DNA of 64,000 nucleotides from Hyalangium minutum (GTDB lineage Bacteria; Myxococcota; Myxococcia; Myxococcales; Myxococcaceae): NCBI RefSeq assembly GCF_000737315.1, contig NZ_JMCB01000001.1, positions 1 to 64,000 of the forward strand, read 5' to 3'. Shown piece by piece: positions 62,071 to 64,000 of this stretch (position 1 is its first letter; each line of letters starts with the position of its first letter). The notes under the pieces were generated by a model. It saw only the letters and a program-made list of their open reading frames with translations, ran no database searches and was not told where the DNA came from. The position numbers and the translations under genes were made by a program.

Positions 62071-64000
62071 TGGGCACGCTCAAGCTGCTCTTGCAGGTGG
62101 CCTTCCGCAACCTGTTCAAGAGCTGGGTCAACGTCATCATCGGCGGCATCATCTTCTTCGCCACCTTCCTGGTGGTGACGGGCGGCGCGCTCCTAGACAG
62201 CGTGGACTCGTCCATGAGCCGGTCGATCATCGGCTCCATCGCGGGCCACATCCAGGTGTACTCGGAGAAGTCCAAGGAAGAGCTGGCGCTGTTCGTCACC
62301 ATGGGTGGCGAGGCGGACGTCGCGGCCATGGACAGCTTCAGCCCCATCAAGGCGGCGCTGGAGAAGCACCCCAACGTGAAGACAGTGGTGCCCATGGGCG
62401 CCAATGGCGCGCTCATTACCTCCGGCAACACGGTGGACCTGACGCTGGCGCGCCTGCGCGGGCTGTACCGGAAGAACGCCGAGGAGGGCGACACGCCCGA
62501 GCGGCGCGCCCAGATCGACAGCCTCAAGGCGCATGTGCGTCACCTGGCCGAGCTGCTCGAGGCCGAGAAGGCCACGCGCACCAAGCTGGTCCGGGAAGAG
62601 ACCCTGGATCCCGCAGAGGTGGCGGCGCTGGCCAAGGCACGCTCGGAGGAGTTCTGGGCGGGCTTCGACAAGGACCCGTTCGGCTCGCTGGAGTTCCTGG
62701 AGAACCAGCTGGCGCCCCAGGTGGCCGATGGAGACCTGCTCTACATCCGCTATGTGGGCACGGACCTGGATGCGTTCCAGAAGAGCTTCGACCGCATGCA
62801 GATCATCGACGGCACGGCGGTGCCCCAGGGCAAGCGCGGCATGCTGCTGTCCAAGTACTTCTATGAGGAGTTTCTCAAGCTGAAGTCCGCGCGCCGGATG
62901 GACCTCATCAAGGAGGCGCTCGAGACGAAGCAGAAGACGATCGCCTCGGACCCGCTGCTTCAGCGCTACGTGAAGGAGAACTCCACGCAGCCGCGCGAGA
63001 TCGTCTACCAGCTGGATCCCATGAAGTCGCAGCAGGCCGTGTCGCGGCTCCAGGACATCTTGCAGAGCAAGGAGACGGATCTGTCCAAGCTGGTGAGCCA
63101 GTTCCTCACGGTGACCGACGAGAACTTCGACACCCGCTACAAGCAGTACTACGAGCAACTGGTGCCGCTGTTGGACCTGTACCGCCTGAAGATGGGGGAC
63201 ACGATCACCATCACCGCGTTCAGCCGCACCGGCTACGTGCAGAGCGTGAACGTGCCCATCTACGGCACCTACCAGTTCAGCGGCCTGGAGAAGTCCCCGC
63301 TGGCGGGCTCCGCGAACCTGATGGACCTGGTGTCCTTCCGCGAGCTGTACGGCTACCTCACCGAGGAGAAGAAGGAGGAGATCGCCCTGCTCAAGCAGAA
63401 GAGCGGCGCGGCCGAGGTGAAGCGCGAGAACGCCGAGGAGGCCCTCTTCGGCGAGGCGGCTCCCTCCACCCTGGTGGCGGACGCCACGCCCGGCTTGATC
63501 AACGAGAACGAGCAGATCACCTCCACCGGCGCCGCCCTGCGCAACGAGGACCTGCTCAAGCGCGTCTACTCCCAGAAGGAGATCGAAGAGGGCATGGTGC
63601 TGAGCTCCGCCATCATCCTCAAGGATCCGGAGAAGCTGGAGACCACCCTGTCCGAGCTCGGGAAGTCCCAGGAGCTGAAGGACCTGAAGCTGCGCGTGGT
63701 GAGCTGGCAGAAGGCCGCGGGCCTCATTGGCCAGTTCGTGCTGATGATGCGCATGGTGCTGTGGGGCATCATCGTCATCCTCTTCGTGGTGATCCTGGCC
63801 ATCATCAACAACGCGGTGATGATGGCCACCCTCCAGCGCGTGAGGGAGGTGGGCACCATGCGAGCCATCGGCGCGCAGCGCTCCTTCATCCTGGCCATGG
63901 TGATGCTGGAGACGGTGGTGCTGGGCGCGGTGTTTGGCGGCCTGGGAGCTGGGGCTGGCAGCGCGCTCATCCGCTGGCTTGGCAAGGTCGGCATCCCCGC
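62070..64000 (+). CDS. ABC transporter permease (FtsX/MacB-like), 3' end outside window
   Basis: ATG overlaps the previous TGA; MGTLKLLLQVAFRNL; late INNAVMMATLQRVREVGTMRAIG. Confidence 0.9.
   Translation, partial: MGTLKLLLQVAFRNLFKSWVNVIIGGIIFFATFLVVTGGALLDSVDSSMSRSIIGSIAGHIQVYSEKSKEELALFVTMGGEADVAAMDSFSPIKAALEKHPNVKTVVPMGANGALITSGNTVDLTLARLRGLYRKNAEEGDTPERRAQIDSLKAHVRHLAELLEAEKATRTKLVREETLDPAEVAALAKARSEEFWAGFDKDPFGSLEFLENQLAPQVADGDLLYIRYVGTDLDAFQKSFDRMQIIDGTAVPQGKRGMLLSKYFYEEFLKLKSARRMDLIKEALETKQKTIASDPLLQRYVKENSTQPREIVYQLDPMKSQQAVSRLQDILQSKETDLSKLVSQFLTVTDENFDTRYKQYYEQLVPLLDLYRLKMGDTITITAFSRTGYVQSVNVPIYGTYQFSGLEKSPLAGSANLMDLVSFRELYGYLTEEKKEEIALLKQKSGAAEVKRENAEEALFGEAAPSTLVADATPGLINENEQITSTGAALRNEDLLKRVYSQKEIEEGMVLSSAIILKDPEKLETTLSELGKSQELKDLKLRVVSWQKAAGLIGQFVLMMRMVLWGIIVILFVVILAIINNAVMMATLQRVREVGTMRAIGAQRSFILAMVMLETVVLGAVFGGLGAGAGSALIRWLGKVGIP

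Overview
High-GC myxobacterial chromosome segment (MYXO-CTERM protein, DUF6310/DUF5953 pair and Myxococcales-type T3SS; genus not determinable). The left end (1-3.6 kb) carries an NLR-like gene that the ORF track misses because it runs off the window: a PNP/nucleosidase effector domain, a STAND P-loop NTPase and near-identical 46-aa TPRs. Next come a candidate CNF1/BLF1-like deamidase and ordinary membrane genes (SpoIIM, degenerate 5'-nucleotidase, NTT-HEAT-cNMP, RDD). A small accessory island (16.5-20.2 kb) holds three copies of a repeat ending in a tmRNA/tRNA-like T-arm, IS91-like remnants and a REase-fold toxin/immunity pair. It is followed by hflX, kelch, lectin and Ig-like surface proteins. 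About 30-60 kb is the secretin-less myxobacterial type III secretion cluster (sctV, U, T, S, R, fliO-like, sctQ, P, O, N, L, K-like, J, I, a FliA-like sigma, five TPR chaperones). Main observation: this system type is described as needle-less, yet the cluster holds six copies of a 75-76 aa gene with a needle-subunit (SctF/PrgI)-like C-terminus, plus a 191-aa paralog with the same C-terminal helix. Each short copy has its own sigma28-type promoter and terminator. The promoter (G[A/C]AA-N15-nnCGATAA) was found upstream of only these genes and DUF1521, suggesting a flagellum-like late regulon that builds an extracellular filament. A DOT1-like lysine methyltransferase lies next to one copy. The window ends in an ABC transporter. 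All family assignments come from motif recognition by eye; no database searches were run.
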